Under the pieces are notes generated by a model. The model was given only the letters and a program-made list of their open reading frames with translations. It made no database searches and had not been told where the DNA came from. This document shows, piece by piece, positions 51,226-63,017 of a stretch of 64,000 bases of DNA (positions within the stretch are counted from its first letter, which is position 1; each line of letters begins with the position of its first letter). The stretch is from Hypanus sabinus (Eukaryota): NCBI RefSeq assembly GCF_030144855.1, contig NC_082726.1, positions 35,278,001 through 35,342,000 of the forward strand, given 5' to 3'. The position numbers were made by a program, and so were the translations under genes.

Positions 51226-54200
51226 TGGCTACGGCGGCTGGCCATCGGCATAGCCTCCTGTATGTGTGGGATAGAAGGTCGGGACGCTGGTTTTTGGTCG
51301 ATACTGGTGCCGAGTTTTACCTCCGAGTTACGACACCCGCAGCAGGGCACCGGGTCCCCCCCTGAGGGCCATGAACGGCAGCACAGTAAGGACCTGTGGC
51401 ACCCGTCAGGTGCAGCTACAGTTCGGCTCCAGCCAGTTCACGTGGGACTTTACACTGGCCGCCGTAGCCCAACCGCTTCTGGGTGCGGATTTTTTGCGGG
51501 CTCACAGCCTACTGGTCGACCTGCCCAGGAAGAGACTGGTACACGCCGAGACCTTTCAGACGTTCTCCCTGGGTGCAGCCCAGTTGCCGGCCCCTCACCT
51601 CGGCTCCATCACGCTGTCCGACAACGACTTCACCAGGGTCCTGGCGGAGTTCCCATCGGTTCTGGCACCGCAGTTCACAGCAGCCATGCCCAGGCACGGC
51701 GTACAGCACCACATCCTGACCCAGGGACCACCCCTCCATGCCCGTGCTCGGCGGCTTCCCCCGGACAAGCTCCGACTGGCGAAGGAGGAGTTCCAGAGGA
51801 TGGAGGAATTGGGGATCATCCGGCGGTCCGACAGCCCATGGGCTTCCCCCCTGCACATGGTGCCCAAAGCGACGGGAGGCTGGAGACCGTGCGGCGACTA
51901 CCGCAGGCTGACCGAGGCTACCACACCGGAACGCTACCCTGTGCCGCACATTCAGTACTTTGCAGCAAACCTACACGGTGCACGGATCTTCTCCAAGGTA
52001 GACCTCGTCCGAGGGTACCATCAAATCCCGATGCATCCTGACGACGTCCCCAAAACGGCTCTCATCACCCCGTTTGGCCTTTTCCAGTTCCTCCGCATGC
52101 CGTTCGGCCTGAAGAATGCCGCACAGACGTTCCAGCGGTTAATGGACGCGGTGGGATGGGACCTGGACTTCGCGTTCATCTATTTGGACGACATCCTCAT
52201 AGCCAGCAGCAGTCGTCAGGAGCATCTGTCCCACCTCCGTCAACTCTGCGCCCGACTGAGTGAGTATGGTCTTACAATCAACCCCGCCAAATGCCAGTTC
52301 GGACTCGATATCATTGACTTCCTGGGCCACAGGATTACTAAAGACGGGGCAACCCCTCTGCCCGTTAAGGTAGATGCGATCCGCCACTTCCCCCGACCCA
52401 CCACGATCAAAGGCCTTCAGGAATTTGTAGGTATGGTCAATTTCTACCACCGCTTCCTCCCTTCAGCTGCCCGGATCATGCGCCCCCTGTTCGCCCTGAT
52501 GTCGGGTCTGAGCAAGGACATTACCTGGGACGAGGAGTCCGCCGCCGCTTTCGTTCAAACGAAGGAAGCTTTGGCGAACGCCGCAATGCTAGTACATCCC
52601 AGAATGGACGCCCCTACCGCCCTCACAGTGGACGCATCTAACAGGGCAGTCGGTGGGGTGCTGGAGCAACTCATCGCAGGTCACTGGCAACCCCTGGTGT
52701 TTTTCAGCAAACACCTGCGGCCACCCGAGCTCCAGTACAGTGCTTTCGACCGGGAACTGTTGGCGCTCTACCTGGCAATCCGGCATTTCAGTACTTCCTA
52801 GACGGTCAGCCCTTCACCGCGTTCACGGACCACAAACCGCTTACCTTTGCGTTTACGAAAGCGTCCGACCCCTGGTCGTCCCGCCGGCAACGCCACCTGT
52901 CCTACATCTCTGAATACACGACGGATGTCCGGCACGTCTTGGGTAAGGACAATGTCGTGGCGGATGCACTCACTCGCTCTACCGTTCATGCCCTTTCCCA
53001 AGGGGTAGACTTTGAGGCACTGGCAGAGGCACAGCAGGCAGATGAGGAGATTCTGAGTTACAGAACTGCAGTCTCCAGTTTGCAGCTCCAGGACCTCCCC
53101 GTAGGCCTGGGTGAGAGGACCCTACTCTGTGACGTCGCCACCGGTCAGCCCCGTCCTGTCGTCCCGACAGCCTGGCGGCGCCGTGTTTTCGACTCCATTC
53201 ATAACTTTGCGCATCCCTCCAACTGGACGACTGTCCGGATGGTTTCCAGCAGGTTCGTTTGGCACGGACTCCGCAAACAGGTCAGTGAATGGGCCAAAAC
53301 GTGCATGCACTGCCAGACGGCCAAGGTTCAGCGGCACACCAAAGCCCCACCGCAGCAGTTCCATCTTGCCCACCGGCGTTTCGACCACATTCATGTGGAT
53401 ATCGTGGGCCCCCTGCCAGTGTCGCGTGGAGTGTGGCACGTCCTGACTATCGTGGACCGGTTCACAAGATGGCCAGAGGTGGTCCCGCTCACCGACACCA
53501 CCTCCGAATCTTGCGCCCGAGCCCTGATCACCACCTGGATATCTCGCTTTGGTGTACCGGCCCACATTACCTCCGACAGAGGCGCCCAGTTCACCTCCAG
53601 CCTGTGGTCAGCTATGGCCAGCCTTTTGGGGACTCTGCTGCACCACACAACTGCCTACCACCCACAGTCGAACGGGCTAGTGGAGCGTTTCCACCGTCAC
53701 CTGAAGTCGGCCCTCATGGCCCGCCTGCGAGGAGCCAACTGGGCGGACGAGCTTCCCTGGGTCCTACTCGGCATCCGCACAGCGCCCAAGGACGGCCTGC
53801 ACGCCTCGTCGGCCGAGTTGGTATACGGCGCGCCCCTGGTCGTCCCCGGGGAGTTCCTACCAGCCCCACGGGGGCAAGAGGAAGATCCCGCAGCAATCCT
53901 GGGCAGACTACGCGAGAAGTTCGGTAACCTGGCCCCCATACCCACTTCACAGCACGGGCGGAACCCGACCTGCAGAACTGTAAGTCTGTGTTTGTACAAA
54001 GGGGCGGGCATCGGCCACCGCTGCAGCGGCCATACGAGGGGCCGTTTATGGTGCTCCGGAACAACGGGTCCACGTTCGTGCTGGACGTTGGGGGGAAAGA
54101 GGAGGTTTTCACGGTGGACCGCCTCAAACCTGCCGATGTGGACCTGGCGCAACCGGCCAAGTTTCCGGCACCTCGGCGCAGAGGCCGACCTCCCAAGCAG

Positions 54201-54258
54201 GTTCCGGCCCAGACTGTGGACATTGGGGGGTGTATCGCTGGTTCTGGGGGGGGGGTTA
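51198..54258 (+). pseudogene. pol (protease, RT, RNase H, integrase) with a few frameshifts
   Basis: [31 protein letters not shown] zinc finger, HVDIVGP/SDRGAQF/NGLVERFH, PYEGPF. Frame breaks near 51315, 52790 and 53970. Confidence 0.95.
54246..54255 (+). other. Polypurine tract
   Basis: G10 run ending 3 nt before the 3' LTR. Confidence 0.85.
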
Positions 54259-54473
54259 TGTGGCGACCCATTTCCTGGCACATCCGAACTGGCTCACAAT
54301 TAGATAGCCTACGGGGGTTTGCGAGCACAGAGCTTTGGAGCCTCTGCGCCACGGGGGGCAGGTTGAGGGAGGCTTAAAAGTGAGGCTGAGGATTTCGAAT
54401 AAAGTTTTTTCCTTCGACTGCAGTTACCGACTCCATGTCGTAATTTTAGCGCTGCGTGTAGCACACCGCTACA
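54259..54473 (+). repeat. 3' LTR
   Basis: TGTGGCG...CGCTACA followed by TSD GGTC. Confidence 0.97.
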
Positions 54474-56104
54474 GGTCTATATATTTAAAAAAAACACCCA
54501 GTAGAGTTATTGACCCCTTCCTGTTTCTGACTTCCACCCACAGAGACTCCGTAGACAATCCCTCCACAACTTCCTCCTTTTCTGCAGCCGTAACATGATC
54601 TCTGATGAGTAGTGCCTCCCCCCCCCCTTTTTTTTTGCCTCGCTCCCTGTCCTTTCTGAAACACCTGAAGCCCGGCCCTTTAAGTAACCATTCCTGCCCT
54701 TGAGCCATCCACATCTCTGTAATGGCCACAACATCATAGCTCCAAGTACTGATTCATGGTCTAAGCTCATCCACTTTGTTCGTGATGCTTCTTGCATTAA
54801 AATAGACACATCTCAAACCATCGGTCTGAGTGCTTCCCTTCTCTATCACCTACCTATTCTCCCCCTCACACTGTCTCCAAGCTTTCTCTATTTGTGAGCC
54901 AACTGCCCCTTCCTCTGTCTCTTCAGTTCGGTTCCCACCCCCCAGCAATTCTAGTTTATACTCTCCCAATAGCCTTAGCAAACCTCCCCGCCAGGATATT
55001 GGACCCCCTCAGATTCAAGTGCAACCTGTCCTTTTTGTACAGGTCACACCTGTCCCAAAAGAGACCCAATGATCCAGAAATCTGAATCCCTGCCTCTTGC
55101 TCCAATCCCTCAGCCACACTTTTATCTGCCACCTCACTCTATTCCTATACTCTTGTTGTGTGGCACAGGCAGATATCCCAAGATTACTACCTTTAAGGTT
55201 CTGCTTCTCAACTTCTTAACTCCTTGTAGTCTGTTTTCAGGACCTCCTTCCTTTTCCTACCTGTGTTGTTGGTACTGGTATGTCAGGGAAATCAAGTTCA
55301 AGAGCCACAAAGTAATGTTGCACCTCTTTAAAACCTTCGTTGGTCACATTTGGAGTATTGTTCAGTTCTGATTACCTCATTGTTGGAAGGATGTAGAAGT
55401 TTTAGAGAGCATGCAGAGGAGATTTAGTAGGATGCTGCTTAGATAAGAGAACAACTTGTATGGGGGAAAGTTTGAGTGAGCCTGTACTTTTCTCTTAGAA
55501 GTGAAGGAGCATGAGAGGTGAGAGGTATATAACATTATTTATGAGAGGCATAAATAGAGTGGAATACCAGCACCATTTTCCCAGGATAGCGGTGGCCAGT
55601 ATGAGTGGACGCTTAAGGTGAGTGGAGGAAAGTTTAGGAGAGATATCAGAGGTACATTTTTTACACAGAATGGCATGTACCTGGAATGCGCTGCTACAGA
55701 TGGTGGTAAAGGTTGATACAAGAGAAAAGTTTAAGAGAAACAAGAAAAATGGAGGGTTAGGTGCTATGTAGAAGGGAAGGGTTAAGTTGATTGTGCAGTA
55801 GGTTGGCACAAAATCATGTGCCAAAGGAAACATACTGTGCTGTACTGCTGTATGTTCTGTGTTCTATCTGCTGAGCTGCTAAGTATTTTCAGCAGTTTCT
55901 ACTTTTGTTGTTTGAATTTCTATATGCATTTTGATAACTATTTTAAATGGTCATAGCTTTATTGTGTTAAAGATCCAAGAGGAAAACTTGAGGCTCAGTA
56001 ATAAAAATGACGTGTTGTGATTTAGAGATTTAAAAAATTTGTTCATTAGCTACAAATAACTTATATGTATATACAAATGTATAACAAATAATGTATATAC
56101 AAAG

Positions 56105-56320
56105 TACACTGCAGATGCTGTGGTCAAATCAAGACGTACAAAAAAGCTGGATGAACGCAGCAGGTCGGGCAGCATCCGTTGAAAGAAGCAGTGAACGTTT
56201 CGGGTCGAGACCCTTCATCAGGACTAAAGGAGGGGCAGGGGCCCTATAAAGAAGGTGGGGGGAGGGTGGAAAACCAATCAGGGAAAGATCAAGGGGTGGG
56301 GGAGAGGAAGCAGGGAGGGG
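56105..56320 (-). mobile_element. Penelope-like 3' end
   Basis: ctgcagatgctg...gcagcaggtcgggcagcatc...hammerhead module...purine-rich tract. Confidence 0.8.
56190..56225 (-). ncRNA. Minimal hammerhead ribozyme motif, core intact
   Basis: Minus strand: AGTC CTGATGA A GGGT-CTCG-ACCC GAAAC GTT CACT. Confidence 0.7.
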
Positions 56321-56762
56321 TATGTTCCTTGGAAAAGGTACAGAGGGGAGTACGTTGGAATGGAATTAACTGATTTCATTTTTATTACAAATGAGATGTA
56401 ATCAAAGCATTTACTTTTTGTTCCTTTATCTGGGTTAGGTTTTGTACTGTTAATTTCCTAGTTTTTGCTAATGATTTGATGTCTTTGGGAAAATTAAAAC
56501 TGTCATAAAGTAATGATGAACTACATCCATCAAATAATCCAAAGCCCTTGATTCTCCCAAATGTATTCATTGAGATGTAATCATTGGCTATAAAGGCAAA
56601 CATAGCAATTAATTTACATGGCAAGTTCCTTGGACAGCTGAGATGAATAAACAGTTCATATAATTTTTGTGACATTGGGATACTGGAGGCATTGCTGCTC
56701 CTGTTTTGAATTGTACCAAGAAAAGTATCATAATCAGCTGAACATACAGATGTAACTACATA

Positions 56763-58287
56763 AAGTGGCTTTAAAAACTGTTCAGCTCCACAACTATTTT
56801 CACATTTTGCTGTTTCATTTTCTAAATTTAAAGTGTATTGAAGTTAGATTTTTTTTATCTAATCTATAAAACATAGTGTATCAGGTCAAATAAAGAGAAA
56901 AATTCTAAAACCTGTCAACAATTTATTAAAAATTAGAAGCCAAAATCATGAGGCTGAAAAAATATTCATCCCCTTTGTAATTACTATGCTAACTTTCCTC
57001 GGGTGCAAGATACTATTACTTTACCAACTCACCCAGTTTGTTGAAAATTGGAGGATCAAATGTTTTCAATGAATTCATACGAATAAATACCCCCTGTCCC
57101 TGTAAGGTCCAACAGTATGATAGATTTTCAACAGACCAAACCAAAATGAAGACAAAAGAGCATTCAAGACAACTCAGAGAAATGATAATAGAAAAGGACA
57201 AATCTGGGTAAAGGTACAGGATCACTTAAAGGCACTACACATACCATGGAGCTCAGTGTAGTCCATTGTGGAAAAAGTGGAAATAATATGAATAAACAGC
57301 TATGCTGTCTCAGTCAGGCCGCCTCTCTAAACTTGGTCGCTAGAGAAAAATGACACTCTAAAGAGAGGCTACTCTGATGCCAAGGCTAAGTGACCTGCAG
57401 AAGTCAGTGGTTGCAAATGGAGATGAAGCTCGTAGCTCCACAATTTCTTAAGGCCTTGCACAAAAAGGGCATTTATGGAAGAGTGGCAAGGAAGAAGTCT
57501 TGGTTTTAAATAAACATATCCTTGCCTGTAAAGAAATTGCAAAGTGTCTTGTGGTCTGATGAGACAAAAGTGGTACTTTTTGGCTTCAACACTAAGCAGA
57601 ATTTGTGATGTAAATTTAATTTAGCATCAGCTGGGTAACACCATCCCTACTGTAAAATGTGGTGGGGTACATCATGCTATGGGGATGCATTTCAGCTGCA
57701 GAGACTGGAAATCTAGTCAGGATTGATGGGAAGGTGAATGCTGCTAAATACAGAGAGATCCTGGATAAAAACATGCCAGCCTCTGCCAGAAAGCTTAAAC
57801 TGGGGAGTAAGTTTGTCTTTCAACAGGACAATGACCCAAAGCATGGTGTCAAAGCAATTGTGGAGTAACTGTTGATGTTCTTGAGAGTCTTGACCTTAAC
57901 CTGATGGAACATCTCAAGATTGCTGTCCACCATCTCTCCCCAACTAATCTGGCACAGCTTGAGCAATTTTGCAAGAAGGAATGGGCAAATCTTGCTCCAT
58001 CAAGTTGTGCAGAGCTAATAGAGACCTGTCTAAAAAGACTACTGGCTCTAATATCTTTGAGAGGTGGTTTAATTAAGTACTGAACAAGGGGGTGGAGGTG
58101 AATATTCTAGAACTGTTAACATTTATAGTTTTTCATACTTTACAATTTCTCCTTTTGGGGGGTTCTACTGAGAAAAAGAGCATCTGATTCACAAATAAAA
58201 ATTTTCTGTTTAAAAATTCTCAATTAAATTGTATACTTATTTATTTGGGGGGGAGTTTAGGAGCTGAATGCTTTTTCAAAGCACTTG
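56763..58287 (+). mobile_element. Tc1 transposon (second family), decayed
   Basis: Degenerate TIRs (aagtggctttaaaaactgttcagctc / gagctgaatgctttttcaaagcacttg|TA). MKTKEHSRQLRE at about 57146, WSDETK, IMLWGCISA, FQQDNDPKH. Confidence 0.88.
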
Positions 58288-58507
58288 TATACATGGCAAA
58301 GAATTTCTCAGAAATGCCACATAGCATCCTTTGAGTCTATATTGGCAGTTGTTCCCAACTAAACAATTAATACTTTTGCCATATTCATACTGTTTTTTTT
58401 AGGAAAACAGCCTGGCCAAAGAGCTAAATTCCAGAAGTGAAGTGAGATTGTTTGCCTTTGACATTGAGACAGATTTGACTAAGCAAAACTGAGCAATTTT
58501 ATATATA

Positions 58508-59040
58508 CAAAAGTTATGTAAAAGTTTGGGCACCCCGGTCAAAATTATTGTTACTGTGAATAGTGCGAGTAAAAGATGACCTGATTTCCAAAAGGTATAA
58601 AGTTAAAGTTGATACATTTCTTTAATATTTTAAGCAAGGTTACTTTTTAAAAATTTCCTTCTTAGTTTCAAAATAACAAAAAAGGAAAAGGGCCCAAAGC
58701 AAAAGTTTGGGCACCCTGCATGGTCAGTACTTAGTAACATCTCCTTTGGCAAGTATCACAGCTTGTAAACACTTTCTGTAGCCAGCTAATTTTTGTTTGG
58801 GGGATTTTCGCCCATTCTTCCTTGCAAAAGGCTTCTAGTTCTGTGAGATTCTTGGGCCACCGTGCATGCACTGCTCTTTTTGAGGTCTATCCACAGATTT
58901 TTGATGATGTTTAGGTCTGGGGACTGTGAGGGCCATGGCAAAACCTTCAGCTTGTGCCTCTTGAGGTAGTCCATTGTGGATTTTGAGGTGTGTTTAGGAT
59001 CATTAACCTGTTGTAGAAGCCATTCTCTTTTCTTCTTCAA
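58508..59040 (-). mobile_element. Tc1 transposon 3' end (third family), truncated
   Basis: Repeated aaaagtttgggcaccc (IR/DR). [44 protein letters not shown]. Confidence 0.88.
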
Positions 59041-59044
59041 AGGC

Positions 59045-59362
59045 AACACGAGTGAATCTGCAGATGCTGGAAATAAATAAAAAACACAATGCTGGCAGAA
59101 CTCAGCAGGTCAGACAGCATCTATAGGAGGAGGTAGTGACGACGTTTCGGGCAGAAATCCTTCATCAGAAGTATCATGGGACGGTCGAGGGGGGATAAGA
59201 AGTGGGGGGAGGGATGAAGTAGAGAGGTGGGAAGTGATGGGCTGGAGGGAAATGGGCTAGGGGAAGGTGGAGAATCATGGGAAATAAAAGAGAAAGAAAG
59301 GAAAGGCTGTGGGGAGATTGTAATGAGGGGGGAAAAGAGAAAGAGAACCAGACTAAAATTAT
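59045..59362 (-). mobile_element. Penelope-like 3' end with hammerhead core at 59135-59172
   Basis: Minus strand: CTGATGA AGGATTTCTGCCC GAAAC GTC. Confidence 0.8.
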
Positions 59363-59733
59363 AGATGAGTCCCTTGAGCATAATTGTAGATGGACATTAA
59401 TGCCTGGATCCCGAAGAATGAATAAATTTAAAGAAAACATGCCTAAACTGTTAACCCTGTATGTGAATTTTATAAAGATGTGGGGTGAAAGTAGGAACTG
59501 GGATCTGAGTTAGAATGATCAACCATGATTGTATTGAACACAAAAGCAGGCTGTAAGAACCAAATAAGCTACTACTTTGAATTTTGATGGTGATTTTTCT
59601 AATCTGCCTAGCATTCAAAATTGATTAATCATAATTTGATAATTAGTTCCATAGCTTTTGTTTCACTTACTAATTTGCTTCTTAAATTAACTGTTTAACA
59701 TTTTAAGGATCTCAACATCTATTTTTGTTCCAG

Positions 59734-59844
59734 GTTTACAGTATCTGCATTGCTTTTCAGTCATGCATTGAAACATGGTTTTATCTATTTAACACCTCAA
59801 GACACTAAGCTACAAACTTTGGAGACATAGTGCTTTCAAGTAAG
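59734..59844 (+). other. Candidate internal non-coding exon (putative bmpr1a 5' UTR)
   Basis: Acceptor atttttgttccag| at 59733; donors CAA|GTAAGG (59839) or AAG|GTATGC (59844). Non-repeat island between TEs. Confidence 0.4.
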
Positions 59845-60569
59845 GTATGCGCTGTGGTACTAGCTCCATAATGTATAATAACAGCTTATTTATTGATATC
59901 TCTGCATTCTCCTGTCCTTTCCCTTCACATTATTGCCCAAATATGCAAGAGTGCATGAGGTAGACATATTTATTCAGTTCTTTAGCCAAAAGTCTCCTAA
60001 CCATAAGGGCTGTTGGTTAACTAGTTTCATTCCTTGGAGCCACAAGTCTGTTGTAATTGATGTGTCTCTGCTTTTTGTTCTTTAAGAATGATTGTAGTCT
60101 TAATTCTGATCTTTCTCATATTTAGAATATGAAAGAAAGTAAGCTTACAATCGGAGGTCCTTGCAATTTCCCATTTCAACCATAACAAAAATGTTCCTAC
60201 AGAACTCTGAGCAGCAGTTTTCCAAATGCCATCTGCATTGTATAAATTCAAATATTGCTGCTTTGGGCCATATTTTCTCATTAGCTTTAATATTTGATAA
60301 CTAATTCATTACTTCTGTTAGCTGTTCCACCCTTGCCTAAATTGTGTCGTTATATTTTCAATCTTTTTCATTGTTTAATTTGTTTTTGCTGAGAATGTAA
60401 CATGTTACATAAATGTATTTGTGGGGTAAGAGCCTGTTTTTAAGCACTCAATGCATCACATTACTACTGTTTAATGTATTTGTTTATTGGTAACATCTTG
60501 GTATTAATGGCAATAGTCTATCTTGTAATTCTTCAGTTATTGCAGTCTTACTAGTCAAAAAGTTTGCAA

Positions 60570-62070
60570 GAAAAGTTGCAAGAAAAAGTTTGAACTCTTT
60601 GCAATTACCTGGTTTTCTGCATTAATCACTCATAAAATGTGGTCTGATCTTCATCCAAGTCACAATAATAGACGAACACAATCTGTCTAAACTAATAAAA
60701 CACAAACAATTGTGCGTCTTATCAATACTGAGTATTTAAATACTGATATTGAAATCACAGTCTAGATTCAAAAAAGTATGTGAACCTCTGGGGTAATGCC
60801 TTCTACAAAAGCTATTTGGAGTCGGGTGTTGCAATCAGTGAGATGGGATTGGAGGGGTGGGTTTTAGAGGTACCCTGCCCTATGAAAACGACACACAAGG
60901 TAATTTTACCGACAGCCTGCTCTTCTCAAGAAAGATCTGTTTATGTGCACCATCCCTTGATCAAAACAACCTTCAGAGGACCTTGGAAGAAGAATTGTAG
61001 AGATACACGAAGCTGAAAAGGCTACAGAATTATTTCTAAGTGTTCATCAGTCTACAGTAAGAGAAGTTGTCAAATAGAGGAAATTCAGTCCAGTTGCTAC
61101 TCTCCCTAGGAGTGGGCATCTTGTAAAGGAGTGGGCGTCCTGTAAAGGTCATTTCAAGAGCACAATGTGCAGTGGTGAAGGAGGTGAAAAAGAACCCAAG
61201 GGTAACAGCAAAAGACCTGCAGAAATCTCTAGTCTCTGTTTATATTAAGAAAAACACTGGACAATAATGGTGTTCAGGGAAGGGCACCATAGAGGAAACC
61301 ACTGCTTTCCGAAAAAACATTGCTGCTCGTCTTAAGTTTGCAAAAGACCATTTGGATGTTCCACAAAGTTTCTGGGACAATGTTCTATAGACAGATGAGA
61401 CAGAAGTTAAACTTTTTGGCAGAAATGCACACTGCTATTTTTGAAGGAAAAATGGCAGTGCACACCAACACAAATCTCATTTCAACTGTGAAGCAAGTTG
61501 AAAGAAACATTGCTGCCTCCAGATCTGAACAGCTTGGGGGACCAATGAGTTCAAAATTGTATCAAGATGTTTTACAAGGGAATGTCAGGTAGTGGTCTGT
61601 CACCTGAAGTTTAATAGAAGTTGGATGATGCAAAAAGACAATGAACTGAAACAGGAGCAAGTCAACAACAGAATGGTTTAAAAAGAAGAACATTTGTGTT
61701 TTGGAATGGCCAAGTCAAGAGTCTGGGGCTTAACCCAATTGAGTTGCTGTTGTATGACCTGAAGAGGGCTGTTCAGGCAAGATATCACAGAAATATTGGT
61801 GAACTGAAACAGTTTTGTATGGAGGAATAGTCTAAAATTCTCCTTGCCATTGCAGGAGTCTGAACAGCAGCTGCAGGAGATGTTTGGACGTTATTGCTGC
61901 GTTCTACTAGTTATTAAATACAAGGGTTCACGTACTTTCAGCCTGTAGTGTGAATGTTTCAACAATGTGTTCAATAAAGACTTGAAAAGTACAGTTGTTT
62001 ATGTTATTAGTTTAGACAGGTAGTGTTTGTCAATGATTGTGACTTGGATGAAGATCAGACCACAATTAAT
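60570..62070 (+). mobile_element. Tc1 transposon related to 24675-26186, decayed
   Basis: Inverted ends tgtggtctgatcttcatccaagtcacaat / attgtgacttggatgaagatcagaccaca. SKQPSEDL, TDETEVKLFG, MQKDNELK, WPSQ. Outer TIR tips eroded. Confidence 0.88.
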
Positions 62071-63017
62071 GCAGTATGGTCTGTATGGATTCAGTAATTA
62101 AGTGAAGTTTTAAAAATTATTAAAGATTGAAGTGTTGGGTATTTGACATGCTTTAATGACCAGGTGACAAAAATACAGATCAGTCCCAAGTTTCTGTGGT
62201 TTGATTATTGTGACAACCAGGATGCTGTAGTAAGCTTTGCATCATGTATCATTCTCGGGTAATATCTTGGTGGCACTCTCCTTTCAAAATAATCACTTGT
62301 ATCATATTGGTCTCCAGTCCCAGAAACCTTGCTTATGTAAAATGTTGTGTTTAAATACACAGGAAATCTTACATAGCATTTATCCTACAATCTCCCAAGT
62401 CTCTGCAGTCACTTCTCTCCAGTAGCTTCTTGAGATGAAGCAGTAAGGATGGTGGTGGGGTTTTAAAGGTGTCAGTGATGACAGCAAGTTCCAGAGCCAA
62501 TAGCTGTAAGAATCTCATACTGTCAGAGGGATTGAGAGTAGATTGGAATTACACTGGTCAGGATAGTGATTCATGCAGAGTATAAAGGGCCACTGTAATT
62601 TGGTTTGAATTTTTCTTTGGGAAAATGTAGATCTTGACCTGGTATGTTCTTTAGGGGGAAAAAAAGGCAATTTTTAAGAGCTAGCATATCTTTGCATCCA
62701 AGTATCCAAGTCTGGATACACTTTTGAGATCAAACTTTGTCAGGTGTTGACACACTAGTACTAAAATAGGTATGTATGATAAAGAAACCCAAATTAAATG
62801 TGTAATGTCACAAGATCCATAAGTGTGATTAAAAGATTATTCTTTTTCAGGCAATTGAATATTAACATAATGTAATTGATGTTGATGACATTTGTTGCCT
62901 AAAGTTCATCACATGTTAACTCCTTTGCCCCACCAAGAAGTTACTGCTGTTATACTGAGCAATTAAGTTATTTGGTGAATATACAATAGTTTCTGAAGGG
63001 TTGTTAATCAGTCAAGC

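Larger units (their letters stand above)
50283..54473 (+). mobile_element. Full-length Ty3/Gypsy LTR retrotransposon, CsRn1-like clade, TSD GGTC
   Basis: Two 215-bp LTRs (TG..CA), GGTC at 50279-50282 and 54474-54477, PBS, G-run PPT, and gag-PR-RT-RNaseH-IN order. Confidence 0.97.
47351..55281 (-). mobile_element. CR1 LINE A (ORF1 esterase remnant, endonuclease, RT, tail), host of two younger insertions
   Basis: Segments 47351-47879, 49032-50282 and 54474-55281 are collinear: DRLHLN (SGNH esterase block), AITEMW, split YRPP, SDHNSI, NSQHGFVKGRS|CLTSLIEF, GVPQGSVLGPLLF. Confidence 0.88.
46690..55866 (+). mobile_element. Old CR1 LINE split into 46690-47352 and 55282-55866 by about 7.9 kb of nested insertions
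   Basis: The left part ends gccttcattagtca and the right part resumes gtcagggaaatcaagttcaagagc, rejoining the AFISQG-x-x-FKS region. KFADD at about 47050; tail at about 55860. Confidence 0.85.

Noticed and set aside
51262-54352. Long alternative-frame and antisense ORFs (259, 212, 212, 194 aa) in the Gypsy as extra genes or env
   Set aside because: Shadows of GC-rich pol; there is no room for env between integrase and the PPT.
61108-61147. Short tandem duplication (also about 43456-43490 and 60560-60590)
   Set aside because: Two-copy slippage duplications within or beside TEs, not an array.
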